Below, piece after piece: positions 38,084 to 51,238 of a DNA stretch of 64,000 nt (position 1 is its first letter; each line of letters begins with the position of its first letter). Origin of the DNA: Felis catus. Its lineage: Eukaryota. The translations under genes and the position numbers were made by a program. Below the pieces are notes generated by a model. The model did no database searches, was not told where the DNA came from, and saw only the letters and a program-made list of their open reading frames with translations. The stretch spans positions 15,192,001 to 15,256,000 of the forward strand of contig NC_058369.1 of the NCBI RefSeq assembly GCF_018350175.1, given 5' to 3'.

Positions 38084-39349
38084 TCACGTTGCCTTCTTAA
38101 TGTGAAATATTTTTTTAAGAATGACTGCTTTTTTACATTTCTCTTTTCCTCCAACAAAAATCTAAGTTTCCACGGGAGAGCAGCTGGCCTTTTTGAATTG
38201 AGCAGAACTTGCCACTAATTATAAAGCCAAAGATCAATGCCTATCAAAAATCAAGTCAGCCTGGGAATCTATTTATTTTCCTGAGCTGTGTAGGCGGCTT
38301 TTTCTGATAACCTACACGCACTGTGGTGTCTGCATTTTGGAGACATTCTGTGTCTGAAAAGCACCCTACAATCCACCTTGCTTCCCAACACCCAGGTGAA
38401 GTCGATGGCATTTTCCTATCAGTCCTCTCTAGTTGCCCCGCGGGACAAAGGCTGGGCCACAAAGCCCTGGGTTCATTACATCTATCCAGACATGGGAGCC
38501 TACACCTGCAGTGGGGCCTGAAGGCTTTGCTGGGTGGTGCCATCTTTAGCCCCCGTGTCTTCCCCTGTGACTCTATGGCCGCCTCATGGTGTCTTTTGCC
38601 CATTTTGTTTCCCTTTCTCCTCTGGTGGGGATTTTTTTTAAGAGAGGACTTCAACTCAGAAGGGGTTGCATTCCGCTCCTTCTAAGGGAGGGGGTATTTG
38701 GGGCTGCTGGGCCAGCACCCTTCGTTTTGTAGAATCCAGGAAACGGGTAAAGAAGAGAGACTAACAATGAGATTTGGATGAATAGATATTAAAAACTAAG
38801 GCAGTCGGAGCGGCAGATTGATCTATATACGAGAGTCTGAGAGGAGAGGGAGGGAGGAAAGAAGAGAAGGTTGGGAAGAGAGATGGAGGAAAGACGAAGG
38901 AACGAGAACGAGACCAGCTCCCAATGGTGTCTGTCTCAAAGAGGTCTGGGGATCTGAGAGGGAGGCATTGAAAGGTCTGGGGAAAGATCTGAAGGAATTT
39001 AGCAGGATGTTTTTCAATTATTTTCAACTGTTGGCTTGTTGTTTATTGGAATGCAACCCCACCCATGCCAGGGTCACGTGTGGCTCTTCTGGGTTTATTC
39101 GGGTTTGTTTCTTTTCTGTGGGTGGAGGTGGAAGTCGTCCAGCCTTGCAGACTCTTCTCCTCCCCACTTCCTCCAACACTTGGCTCTGTCAGCCTCCCGT
39201 GGCTACCCTTCTGTCTCCCACTCCATTGACCCCTTCCCTTCTGCCCATAAACAAGCTCAGATCTCCGCGCTCGGAGACGGCTTCCTGCCCAGTCTTCTGC
39301 CCTACAACCTTCTTCCCTCTTCCTGGTTTCCTCTTCCTCCCACCCTAAA

Positions 39350-39920
39350 TTAGGCTGCAGCGTCGGCTCTCAGGATCCCTTCCCACCACGGCCACGCGCA
39401 TCAGGACCTTAGGAACGATGGCAGCTGGCCTCTGACCTGCTCCTCGCCCCCACACTTCCGCTTCCGGGGCAACGCCTCCCTCTGCCCTGCCTAACCCCTC
39501 AGCCTTTCCGGTTCCGGTTGGTACCCGCTCGTGGCCCCTCCTTCTACTGGGTCCTCCCACACCCCCCCAAACAGGTTACAGTCAAACCGCTGGGGCCCAG
39601 CCCGGCCTTCCTCCTCTGCCCCCCACTTCGGGCACAGCTGCTCCTAAACCTCGTCCGGGTCGCCCAGCCTCCGCCGTCAGCCTGTCCGCCTTTCTCAGTC
39701 CTCCTCTGGGTCCTCCTCAACCCTTTCCACCCCACTTGCTGCCATTCCCTTCTCCCCGGCGTCCTCGATTCCGCGTCTCTGCGGTCTCCAGCTGCGTTTC
39801 TCTCCCCGGAAGCCCCTCTTATAGTCCTTTCCCCCTGATTATAAATACGTCCCGAGTCTCAGCAACCGTCTCTCCGTTCTCGCTCCACATCGCCACCCAG
39901 TAGGGTCCCCTTTCTAGGGC
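39350..39920 (-). promoter_or_regulatory. CpG-rich promoter-like element with tandem ETS sites and TATA-like motifs
   Basis: ACTTCCGCTTCCGG 39454-39467, TTTCCGGTTCCGG 39505-39517, CCGGAAG 39806-39812, TATAAAT 39840-39846 and CTATAAGAG (-) 39816-39824; strong C/T skew on the + strand. Confidence 0.6.
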
Positions 39921-40295
39921 TCCCGTGAAGGTTAAATAAGGGTGTGGGGAACAGCCTTAGCACGCGACTAGTCCTTAAAAACTGGAGTGATTCTTCTGCA
40001 GACGAGGAGGCAGTGTCCCCTGATGGTGGATTCGTGCCTCCCGCTGATGGGTGGCGCCTCCTTCGGTCACTCTCAGGCCCCTGGAAACTTCAAAGGAAAA
40101 AGCCATTGGGTAGTTGCCTACAGTCGAGCGGCTGTGGTTTCCACCGTTTTCCCTCCTTTCCTTTTATCGTGCCTTTTCTTTTAGTTCTGACGGCAAGAAA
40201 AAGGACGCGAAAGGAATTCCAACCGTATGAAAAGGCTTGTGCTGATGAATGAAACCAAAGCCTGTCATTCATGCGTTCAGTAATGTGAACAAGGT

Positions 40296-40515
40296 GGGGC
40301 GCCTGGGTGGCTCAGTCGCCCGGGTGGCACACTCCTGATTTCAGGTCACCATCTCAGGGTTTGTGGGATGGGGGACGGAGCGCCGTTTCCCAGGGCTCTG
40401 TGCTGATGGCTCAGAGCCTCCTCGGGATTCTCTCTCTCCCTCTCTGCCCCTCCCCCACCTGTGCACTCGCACGTGTTGGCCCTCTGTCAAAAAGACATAA
40501 ATCAACTTAAAAAGA
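40296..40515 (+). mobile_element. Can-SINE (diverged)
   Basis: ggggcgcctgggtggctcagtcg... with tail; TSD-like aacaagg. Confidence 0.88.
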
Positions 40516-40965
40516 ACATTAACAAGGGACACCCCTTGACTATTTCCTCTGTGCCAAACTGTGCTAAGAAGTTAAGATAGGGATTATCTCATTCAATTAC
40601 TATGCAATTCCTATAAAATTACTCCGTGGGATAACCGCTAATATATGGTCACTCTTCCGCAAGTAGGACTTTTCTTCAGGAAATATTTGTTGTTCCAGGG
40701 CCCACGCTAAATGAGGAGGGACGGGAAAAAATTAATATATTGTCCTGGAATCAATAGGCAGAGGGCTGTGGAGGCAGAGACAGATGCATAAACAGAAACA
40801 TGCAGTAAAATATTAGGCGAACGACCAAAAGCAACTGTTTAGGGTCCAGATGGGCACACAGGAGGGAATGGCCCCTTCTGGGTGTCATTCAGCTGGACAG
40901 AAGTCCTGGGGATTTCCAAAGGTTGGGAGAAAAATGGACCTAGGACCACCATCTCAACCAACACA

Positions 40966-41010
40966 TGTTGTTGTTGCTGTTGTTGTTGTTGTTGTTGTTG
41001 CTGGTGTTGT
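40966..41010. repeat. (GTT)n microsatellite
   Basis: tgttgttgttgctgttgttgttgttgttgttgttg. Confidence 0.95.
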
Positions 41011-41318
41011 CGCTAAACCAAGGCTCTCAGCTACCCTCCTTTCTCCCAGTCACCTCCCCTTGCAGGTTCCTCCCTGCACCCTCATTACCACGTTATCCCC
41101 CCAGGTTCTTGGGTGTGCTCACTCCCACCTTAGAAAGAAAAGCCCAGGCCAGTTGTAAGTCATAGACCCTTTCTTCGCATCGCCAGCACATGCTCACGCA
41201 CGCTTACTTGAGAGAAGGCTACCACACTAACACCTTGACATCTTGGGGGGGGGGACCCAAAAGGCTGACCTTTGTGTGGGGGTGAGTGCCCAGTGGCATA
41301 GAGCCAGGGACCTAGGTG

Positions 41319-41532
41319 CAGAGGCAGATCCCAATTTCACGGTACCTGAAATTTCTACAGCTTGCGGGGGGGGGAGGGGGGGAGATCCCCTTAAAGAAAA
41401 AGACTATAAAAATATCAAACTGTTGACAATTTTGCCTAAGCACATGACCATGTGAACGCTGTGCTAGGGTCTCCCACGGCTGAGTGGCTCTGGAGTTTAA
41501 ACTTCATCAGCTTCCTTATAAATCTCTCTCTG
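41319..41532 (+). mobile_element. MER96B-like hAT MITE
   Basis: Terminal inverted repeats cagaggcagat...atctctctctg; internal ccccttaaagaaaaagactata and aacttcatcagcttc. Confidence 0.6.
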
Positions 41533-42232
41533 GGCAGATGTGGCCATGGGAAGACCAGACCCCACTTGAAAATCCGCGAGATCTTGGAGAGGGCGTGGGG
41601 TTCCACAGACCATGCAACAGGAGGGTCTGATCCGAATCTCAGGGGCTGGCCAGAGAGACTGACAGCTGGGTTATAATCTCGAGGGAGGAGAGGCCAGGGC
41701 GGCGGAGGTGCTAAAGGCAGCTGAGTTGATTCTGGAAAGGCCCGTCTGAGAACTCATGTTTATGGAGGGGTTGGGGAGGAGGGCCCCGGGCCTGCAGGGT
41801 GATATGAGCCGGCTCTTTAAAAGCTCTTAAAGCCTTAATTAGAAAATTACGATAGCGAGATCCCCTGCCCTCGCCTCCCACCCAGGGCACATGGTAAGAT
41901 CTTTCCTCCACTCTGATTAGCCTCATTTTGGAGCTGGGAAAGAAGGTAATCAGAGGGCTGACATTGTACGAGCCACTTCAAGTGCGATTCAGAATTCAGC
42001 ATGATGAAGGGAGTCGTCGGGTGCGTGATTATAAAGAAGTGCTCCAGGGTAATTAAGGCACTGAAGGTACAGGGCTCTCTGTTCAGGGGAGGGTGGACAG
42101 GGGCGGTCGGAGGGAATGCGCACAGCTCGGCACCACCCTGGACAGCTCCCACCTCTGCACAGGAACCAACTTCCCGCATTCCCTCACATCAGGCAGCTTC
42201 TCTTAAAATCCTTACAACAACCCTTTGAGTTA

Positions 42233-42718
42233 GGTGGGTTAGTTTCGCTCAGCTGCTGTAGCCGATCACCACAAATTTAATAGCTTAAAACAGCACCCAT
42301 TTTCATTTCCTTGAAGTTTTGGATGTCAGAAGTTCGAAAGGGGTCTCGCTGGGCTAGAACCGGAGCGTCTGCCAGGCTAGGCTGTGTTCTTTTCTGAAGG
42401 CTTTGCGGGGAATTAGTTTTCTTGCCGGTTCCGGCTTCCAGGGGCTGCCTTTGTCCCACGGCTGGTGGCCTCTTCCATCTTCAAAGCCACCAATGCCAGG
42501 CAAGTCCTTCTCACGGTGACATTGACTTTCCTGCCTCCCTCTTCCACATTTAAGGGCCCTTGTGATTACATTGGGCCCCTCTGGGTAATCCAGAATATTC
42601 TCTTTATTTTAAAGGCAGCTGATTACTTCCCCTTTGTAATATAATGTGACACATTCACAGATTCTAGGAATTAGGGGATTAGGATGTGAACACTTCGGGG
42701 GTCACTATTCTACCTACC
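42233..42718 (-). mobile_element. MaLR solo LTR (MLT1-type)
   Basis: ttagtttcgctcagctgctgtagc...caccacaaatttaatagcttaaaacagca...tgtgattacattgggccc...cactattctacctacca. Confidence 0.85.
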
Positions 42719-42734
42719 ATGGCCGGTAATATAT

Positions 42735-43324
42735 TTTTTTAAATGTTTATTTATTTATTTTGAGAGAGAGAGAGCAAGAGCGAATGGGGGGAGGGGCAGA
42801 GAAGGAGAGAGAGAGAATCCCAGGCAGGCTCCACCCTGTCACTGCAAAACCAGATGCGGGACTCGATCCCATGACCCATGAGATCATGACCTAAGCCAAA
42901 ATCAAGAGTTGGACATGTAACCAACTGAGCCACCCAGCTGTCCCCCATGGTAGGTAATATTATTATCTCCTATTTTCCAGGTGAGGGAAATGAGGCACAG
43001 AGAGGTTATCTGACCTGCCCAAAGCCACACAGCTCATGAGCAGTAGAGTTGGGATTTACCCAGGGCATCTGATGACAGACTCTCTATTCTTTTTTTTTTT
43101 TAACTTTTTAAAAAAAATGTTTATTCATTTTTAAGGGAGAGAGGGGGAGAGAGAGACAGCACGAGTGGGGAGGGGCAGAGAGAGAGGGAGCCGCAGAATC
43201 TGAAGCAGCCTCCAGGCTCTGAGCGGTCAGCGCAGAGCCCCACGTGGGGCTTAAACTCTAAACCCGGAGATCATGACCCGAGTGGAAGTCGGAGGCTTAA
43301 CCGACTGAGCCGCCCAGGCGCCCC
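42735..43324 (-). mobile_element. Two Can-SINEs (42735-42946, 43090-43324) flanking a MIR piece
   Basis: Two SINE bodies; first has TSD-like catgg..ggtaatat. Confidence 0.92.
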
Positions 43325-45911
43325 GTGGACCCTTTATTCTTCACCTTTAAACTGTACTCCTTCCATTTGTCCCTCGTTCTTTCATTCAGTACTTTAGGAA
43401 AGGCTAATGTGTTGACGGAAAGAGAAGGATTTAAGGCAAGATGAAGGGAGCAAAAGGCCGACAGGAGAAAAAAAGAATGAGGGGCGGGGCAGGGATGGCT
43501 GGTGGCACGCATGCGCAGGGAGAGGCGCGCTGTGTACCCCAGGGCAGAGCCTTCTAGGTGCCAGTCTCCCTGCGTTAGGTCACAAGGCACCTGGATTCAA
43601 ATCCCAGCTCCGCACCGATAGCTGTGTGCCTTCCAGCCAGTGCCTTGGCTTCTGAGTTTCCGCATCTGCAAACTCATAGGAGCGGAACCCACCTTGTGGG
43701 TTTGGCGTGTTAACGAACACCTACGTGAATCTCCCTGCCGTGCCTGGAGCCCTGACTGTGCCCCCTAAGGGCTGCGGTTACTCCCCCTCTCTCCTGGCCC
43801 CGGCTCCCCAAGGCGACCGAACTTTCTCACATGGGAGTATTCACAGAGGAGGTGGGGGCTGAGATTTGTGGCTCTGAGGAGGCAGATCTGAGGGCAGGGG
43901 TGGCTCCGGGTATCCGTTCACCAGGCTAGATGGGGAATCTATTCAACCCCCTTGGTTGCTTTTCAGGAGGCAGAACCTGGTGGCCAGCGATGGGTTACAG
44001 GCTGGAGGAAGCTGAAAGAAACAAGGAGCCCTGTTTCCTCTGTCTTGGGTAAGCCACATTCGATTTAATCAGGGGGAAGTGCCTCTGTGGCCGAAACGAA
44101 TCTTAAAAACACGAACATCATCCTGTCTTTTCTTTCATTTCCCTCCTCCCTTCCTCGCATTTTTGTTTTTAGAAGAGGTTGCGAAAGAGGGACATGAAGA
44201 AGACATGAAGTGCCCATGACAGTTAGAATCCCTTGATTGCAAGCAACAGAATCCAGAATCTGGCTAACTTAAATGGAAGTCGCATTGGGTGGAATGATGT
44301 GGGGTGACACAGAATTGAAGACGAAGCTGAACTTCTGGGTCTCAGGAAGACAGGAGCAGGGCAGTTGTGGGGATCTGGACAGGAGAGAGGCATGGAGGGT
44401 CTCTTCGGGGCAGTGATGCCCTAAGGGGGCCCTTCCCACCGACCCCGGGCTGGCACCGGGCCCACTCTTCGTCTTTCCGGTAAGCAGTGTTGCTGGCCTC
44501 TCCCAGGACACTTGCTGGCCCTTTATCCCTCCAGAGCATCTGCAGAGGGGCAAGAGGGAGCTCTCCAAAAGAACCGGGCAGTGGAGAAGGAAGGAACGAT
44601 GCCAGGAGGCGGACAGGTCGACCCACGAGGCACCTCCTACTGCGTCTGTCAATGTATCTTTCATCCCCAGCCCCTCCCTTCCAGAACATTCTTTCACATC
44701 TTCCTTCATTCCATTTATCCCGCAAAGTATTCTTTTAGTGGCCCACTGCCCCCCCTCCCCCCCCCCCCCACACACAGAGGAACAAGAAAAGTGTCATGCT
44801 TCTTGGTGCATGGGGAGAGAAAAATGCTTTCTCTGTGTTTCGTGATGGGGCCAACCGAGTTTGGTCGATACAGGACCCGGAGCCTAGTGATCTCTTGCTG
44901 TGTCAGCATCAGTCTGAAGAATATGGACCAGCGTGTCCAGTGTGGCACGGCCTCGTGTGTTACAGTCAGCCACAGGCTCAGCAACTTGCTCAAGGTCACA
45001 GGACAATTTAGGGACAGACTGGCTCACTACTGGCTCCTTCCATGAAACAACCCAGGCTTTTGGGGGGCCGTTAAGAAGAACCCCTCTTATCTGTCAGGCA
45101 CAGCATTGCCCCATCCTGGGTGAGGATGTCAGTGACACCCCCTGAAAGGGCTGGAACCCAGCAATGGGGGGGGCACATGATGGCTGTTCTTGGGTTGTGC
45201 TTCTGGGAGAGGTGGCGCCAGGCTGGGAGTTCTGAGCAGACACAACTCTCTCAACAGTCGGTGCCCCTGGGGCTTCAAAAGGGAAAACAAAGAGGAAAAA
45301 AGAGAGAGACTCCTTCGATCTCTGATCTTCCAGAACAAGGCAAACTTCTCATTTTGAAAGAATCAAAACCCCAATCTGTCTCACCGAGAGACCAAAGGAA
45401 GACACAAAGTTCAATGGATTATTTTTTTCTTCAACTGTGGGATCCCACTTGAAAGCAAACGGGTTTCTTTCTTTGACAGAGAGGGACCAGTGCAACGGGA
45501 GTGACCCCAGCTTGGGGAATCCAGAAACGTGGTGTGTCCAAATGCACCCAGAACCTGAGGGAGGGTAGGCTGTTTCAGGGTGTGCTTGGCAGGTCATTTG
45601 AGCAGGGGAGGGGGTGCCATACTGGAAGAGGAGTTCGGTTTCCAGAAGAACTGGGGAGGGGAGGGGGTCTCCTGCTGTCTAGTGACTTCCAAATCACACC
45701 CTTTTGTTTCAAGGAAGGCAGAGCTGAGCGAGCAACTCTAAGCAAGGTTGGCCCTGCAGTGGCCCCTGGGCCTAAGCGTCCTACTCTCGAGTCAGAGGAA
45801 TCTAAACCCACACACCTCATTTTGCCTTTATTATGTGTCATTTCTAGGCTGTCCCCACACCCAGGCTTTTCTTCATGAACAGGCCACTTGAGTCAAAACC
45901 ACAACAAAACA

Positions 45912-46125
45912 GGGGGCGTCTGGGTGGCTCAGTCTGTTACGCGTCTGACTCTTGATTTTGGTTCAGGTCATGATCTCACAGTTCCTGAGTTCGAGCCCCA
46001 CGCCGGGCTCTGCACTGAGAGCCTGGAGCCTGCTTGGGAATCTCTCTCTCCCCCTCTCTCTGCCCCTTTCCCGTTCATTCTCTCTCTCTCTCTCTCTCTC
46101 CCCCCCTCAAAAATGAATAAAACAA
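45912..46125 (+). mobile_element. Can-SINE
   Basis: SINE body with CT tract and A-rich tail. Confidence 0.92.
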
Positions 46126-46814
46126 AACAAGACACAATAACGTGAGACCAACCAACAACATGAAGCAAAACCAGGAAGGTATTTTGCCAGGATAAGATAT
46201 CTTAAGCCCAGATGCACATTGCTTTGGTATCAGGTAGAGCTCATTCTATCTTTCGGATACCTTTAGCCATCAGCTGGTGGGAGGTTTTCAGAGTCATGCG
46301 CACACATCACCTCCTCTGAGAGGCTGGCCATCCTATTCCGAAGAAAACAGGGCTGAGCACGAGAGAAGCGCCCCCACCCCGGCCTATATTAGGTGTTCCA
46401 TAAATATTTGTTGACTAAATAAATGGCAAATGCGTTCGCGGGGGATGCACCCAGAGGCAGTCATTCCACAGCATTTCTCGGGTGTCCCCCCCCCGAGGTG
46501 GGTACAGTAGGCACAGTGTGGGAAGAGCTAAAGGGAATAAGTACCTCATGTTGTTTCCCTGGAGGAAACTGCAGCTTCCCGAACTGTAGTTTTTGGGACG
46601 GAAAAGAATGTACTTGGAAGTTATAGGAGTTCATGAACTTGTAGTAGAAACAGAGCAACAAGGGGACACGTCTGCAAGGGATTGGATTCATCCGCCAGAA
46701 ATGCTCTGAGTGCTCAGCCTCACCCCTGCCCTCCCAGAGCCCCGAGTCTGGAGGGGGGAGGGAGGGGGGAGGGGAATGCCCAGAGACAGAAGGCAATTTA
46801 GGTTTCAGACTTTA

Positions 46815-46887
46815 TTTATTTATTTAATTTTTTTAAGTTTATTATTTTGGGGGGGGGGAGAGAGAGCATGAGTGTGAGTGGGGGAGG

Positions 46888-46930
<43 letters not shown>

Positions 46931-47062
46931 AGAGGATCCCAAGCGGCTCTGTGCTGTCAGCACGGAGCCCAGCGTGGGGCTCGAACTCACAAACTGTGAG
47001 ATCATGACCTGAGCGGAAATCAAGAGTCGGATGCTTAACCAAGTGAGCCACCCAGGAGCCCC
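46815..47062 (-). mobile_element. Can-SINE
   Basis: SINE body; TSD taggtttcagacttt. Confidence 0.94.
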
Positions 47063-47426
47063 TAGGTTTCAGACTTTAAAAGAAACTGATTTAATGTGGT
47101 TTAATTGCCTTAAAATCAAGGTAGAAATTTGACCTCTAAGACTCAAAAAAATAAATTTTAAGTTAACGAAATTTATTTTATGGAATCGACTTTTGAAGCT
47201 GAGGCAGAGAGGTTGGAGATCATCCAGCCCCCCCCCCCCTACATCTACATTATTATCAGATGTAGAAACCGAGGCGCAGATTAGCCAACGAATAACTTTC
47301 CAGGTAAGAAAGAGGCTCATGTCCCTGGGTGGGGAAGTCTCAATCTCTATAAGGTCGTGTATGGTGGGAAAAGCATCCAACATGATAGCTACTTTGTGAT
47401 GCCAACCTTAAAACTTCCAGTTATTT

Positions 47427-47885
47427 TGGGGCACCTGGGTGGCTCATTCGGTTAAGCCTCCGACTTCGCTTCAGGTCATAATCACACTGTTTGTGGGTTC
47501 TAGCCGCGCATTGGGTTCTGTGCTGACAGCTCGGAGCCTGGAGCCTGCTTCGGATTCTGTGTCTCCCTCTCTCTCTGCCCCTCCCCTGCTCGCACTCTGT
47601 CTCTCTCTGTCTCTCAAAAATGAATAAGCATTAAATAATTTTTTTAAAGGCTGAATTTAAGGGGCGCCTGGGTGGTTCAGTTGGTTAAGCGTCCAACTTC
47701 AGTTTAGGTCATGATCTCACAGTTCGTGAGTTCAAGCCCCACATTGGGCTCTGTGCTGACAGCTCGGAGCCTGGAGCCTGCTTCGGATTCTGTGTCTCCC
47801 TCTCTCTCTGCCCCTCCGCCATTCATGCTCTGCCTCCCTCTGTCTCAAAAATCAATCAACATTAAATAAATAAATAAATAGATAA
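47427..47885 (+). mobile_element. Two Can-SINEs (47427-47640, 47661-47885)
   Basis: Two SINE bodies on the + strand. Confidence 0.93.
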
Positions 47886-49374
47886 ATTTCGTACAGCATT
47901 GAAGCACAATGTGAGAGTGGATGTTGATCGAAGTGAGAGTGCACACTTGACCCGGTTCTCTTCACAAGTAACATGACCACGAACGATACGGAAAGACCGA
48001 GAGACTGCACGGGTCAGAAATTAAGGAGACGCTTGTGACGAAATGTGCCGTAACAGACGTCTCCCGGTTATGTAAGATGTTGACAACGGAAGGACCCAGA
48101 CGGCGGGCATACGAAAATTTTTTGTACTACCTTAGCGACTCTTACACAATTCTAAAACTATTTGAAAACATTTTTTTTTTTTTTTTTTAAAGAGAAAGCA
48201 TGGCGTGGTGGACTGTGTTCCTAAAAACGGTTCCAACAACAGTTTGGTTCCATGTGCTGGTCTAAAAGTTTGCCGCTTCCTCAACGAGAGGTGGAGTCTG
48301 TGTCTTTCCTTTGAATGGGGAGAGATTACTTAACTTCTCTGTGCCTCACTCAGTCGCCTCTGTAAGACAGGAGAAACACTAACGTTGTTTCAGTGTGACG
48401 TGACACGGGCCAGACACTCAGACAGTGCTTGGAAATGTCGGATGCCATTGTTGTTGCAGGGCACAAGTTAGGAACCCTGTCATCACAGTGGGACGCAAGG
48501 TCAGAGCTCAACTGGCAACCAGAGTAACTTGATATTGGATCTCTGGAGTTCCTTCAACTCCTGCTTCTGGGGACAATCCTTCCTGGGGGGTAGAGCTAAG
48601 TCTGGAGGTGGGTTGTGGTGGGGAGGGGGTAGAGAAGACAAGTGCAGATTCCAGGAGTGGACAGTAATGGGTCGTGCATTTGTTCAAGGAAGGAGGAACT
48701 CCTTTATGGGGGCGGTGTCAGGAGGGGGTGAGCTTGCACCTTGAAGGTCGGTTGAAGGTGCACTTGTGCAGACAGGCAGGGACGGGTGGCAGAGGTGGCA
48801 CCAGGGCGTCATCAGGCGTGTTCTCATGATCTGCCTGAAAACAGACGGGGGGATGTGCTGATGAGCTCCAGGAGAGACGGTCAGAAAAGGAAGTTGGGGC
48901 CAGACCTTGAATGACATGATCAGGACTTGGGACCAAGACTCTCCTTTGCTTAGAAGGACCAGGCAAAGAATTAGTCACCAGATCATCTGGCCCCCACTCA
49001 GCTTCCTTGTCAATTCCCACCCCCATCTGGTCTCCCTATTTCTGTTCTCTTTTCTCCCAACCAGCCCACCCATGGTCAGACCTAACTTCCCGAAACGTGG
49101 CTTCCACTTAAGGTGTTCCACGGAACAGAGTCTGTACTGACGACCGTGTAAGCCTTTAGCTGCCAAAGGTCGTAACTGCTGAGTAGAGCGAGGGAGAGAG
49201 CTTGCTTGAGAAAGGAGCTGACACAGAGCTGGCAATGAAAGGGTTGAGAGAAAGATCCAGCCCTCCCCAAAGATACCATTCCATCCCCTTGATGGAGCGG
49301 GCTCAAATCTCCCCTTCAACTTTTCCGTTCATAGAAGTCAATACATTCCTTAAAAAAAAAAAAAGTCTTTAAAA

Positions 49375-49555
49375 AATATTTATTTATTTGGGGCGGGGGG
49401 ATAGGAGAAGCAGAGAGAGAGGTGGGAGAGAGAGAATCCCAGGCAGGCGTGAAGCTGTCAGCACAGAGCCCGGCCCGGGGCTCGAACCCACAAACCATGA
49501 GGTCATGACCTGAGCCAGAGCCAGAAGCTCAAGCGACCTAGCCACCCAGGCGCCC
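49375..49555 (-). mobile_element. Can-SINE
   Basis: SINE body ending caggcgccc. Confidence 0.88.
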
Positions 49556-49569
49556 TGGAGGGTAACTCG

Positions 49570-49950
49570 TTTTAAATCCAGGCTCGTTCTAAGTCATCTG
49601 GCGCCGTGTCCCTGACCAATGATTGGCTCAGGAGCGGTCATGTGACCACGTTCCTCCAATGAGATGTGAGAGGGGAGGTCTCTGGGAGGAGCCTTTGGGA
49701 ATGAGGCTGCAGGAGAGGTAGGCCGTGTCTCTCTTGCCCCTGAGATGGCTTGGGCTGTGACACCTGAAATGGCTGCGTGGTCACAAGGTGCCACTACGCA
49801 GTGTGGCCAGCAGAGAAGAAACCTGGGCCTCTGACGACACCGAACGCGGACTGTCTCTTGCTTGAGGGTCACCCTCTTTTGCCTCTTGGTCCCTGAAGGA
49901 ACAAATGACAAACGGGTTTCAGTTGGGGTTTTCAGCTACTTGCAACCTTG
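49570..49950 (+). mobile_element. Old MaLR LTR (MLT1J/K/L-like)
   Basis: tgattggctcaggagcggtcatgtgacc...ccaatgagatgtgag...tcagttggggttttcagctacttgcaacc. Confidence 0.7.
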
Positions 49951-51234
49951 ATCTTGCAGAGACTGCAGGAGGCCAACCCACCGCCATCTTATTTTACTGA
50001 GGGAAGAAAGAAGGCCCAGAGGGACAGCCATGTGTCCAGGTTTCAAAGCTAAGTCATGGCAGTGTGACTCAGGAGACCGGCCATCACTTCTAACACAGCC
50101 CTCCTCCTGTCATACCGCAGCTTCTAGAATCTTCAGCCTTGCCCTGCCCCGGCCAGCCCAGAGCCTTCTCTGTAGTCAGATGTGTCTATGGAAGCTCACC
50201 TGGTTGGAATCCAACAGGCAACATTCCATCTAATTAAGCAACTGTAAGCGGGAAGGCTGTATCTCCGGAGCCTATCTGTGTTTTGTGATGAGTCTTTATA
50301 AACCCTCGCTGGCTGTTGTGACGGGTGCCGGGGAGGTTGCTGAGACCTCGGTAAACAGGGTCCTGCTGGGCCACAGTGGGGGCTGTGGCAGTGTCTGTTT
50401 ATAGAATCCAAAGTCTGCATTTGGATAATTACCTCCATGTAATTGTCAGATTAATGTCACCTGGGCCAGAAGGTCTGCGTTTTGATACTTAAGGAAAGAA
50501 AAAACAAAACCCTTTGGAGATGCCCAACGGCTGTGAACTTGAAACAGCCTGACTCCTAAAAATTGGGGAACCAGCGGCTGGGTGAGGCCAGAGCACAGCC
50601 AGCAGGGTGCTGAACAAGCAGGCTTGTGAATGAGGCAGAGGGGAGGCCGACAGAGAACATGTTGATTTTCCTGCTTTCCCCACCCACCCCCACAGCCCCA
50701 AACACATGCACAAAAGTGTGCAAGTCCTCTGAGAAGCCGGCAGCAGTGGGCTTCTGATCTGGCCCCCTCTGTCATGGGCAAAGTGCACGCTGGAAAATTC
50801 AGGAAGAAGAAAGCTGGGAAAAAGCTGCGTCTGAAAAGAAAGCGATTTCCTTCTCGAACACCCGAGCCGTCGCTCTTGTTACCCAAGGACTGTAATTCTG
50901 CCGCACGGAGGTAAATATCCTTCCCTCGAAGGGCTCCCCCAAAAAACCAAGGCTGGCAAGAGAGGTGCTGACTGCCCCTTACCCACCGCCCAGCCAGACA
51001 GAGAGTGATGCTGATCTGTGCGTGGGGGGCTCCCCCAGCAGGTGCTCCAGGGCGGCATCTCCGTCCAGGTGTCAAGGTCGTTTGGAGGGGGTGAGGTCCT
51101 CAGGCAGATGCTCTGCGGACAGGTGTGGGGGGGGGGGGGCTGTGTATCTTTATGGCCGCTGAGAGGCTGTGAGGGGTGAGTGGTGAGTGTTTGTGGGGAG
51201 GAGACAGAGAGTGGATCAGTCCTGTCCACAAGAG

Positions 51235-51238
<4 letters not shown>

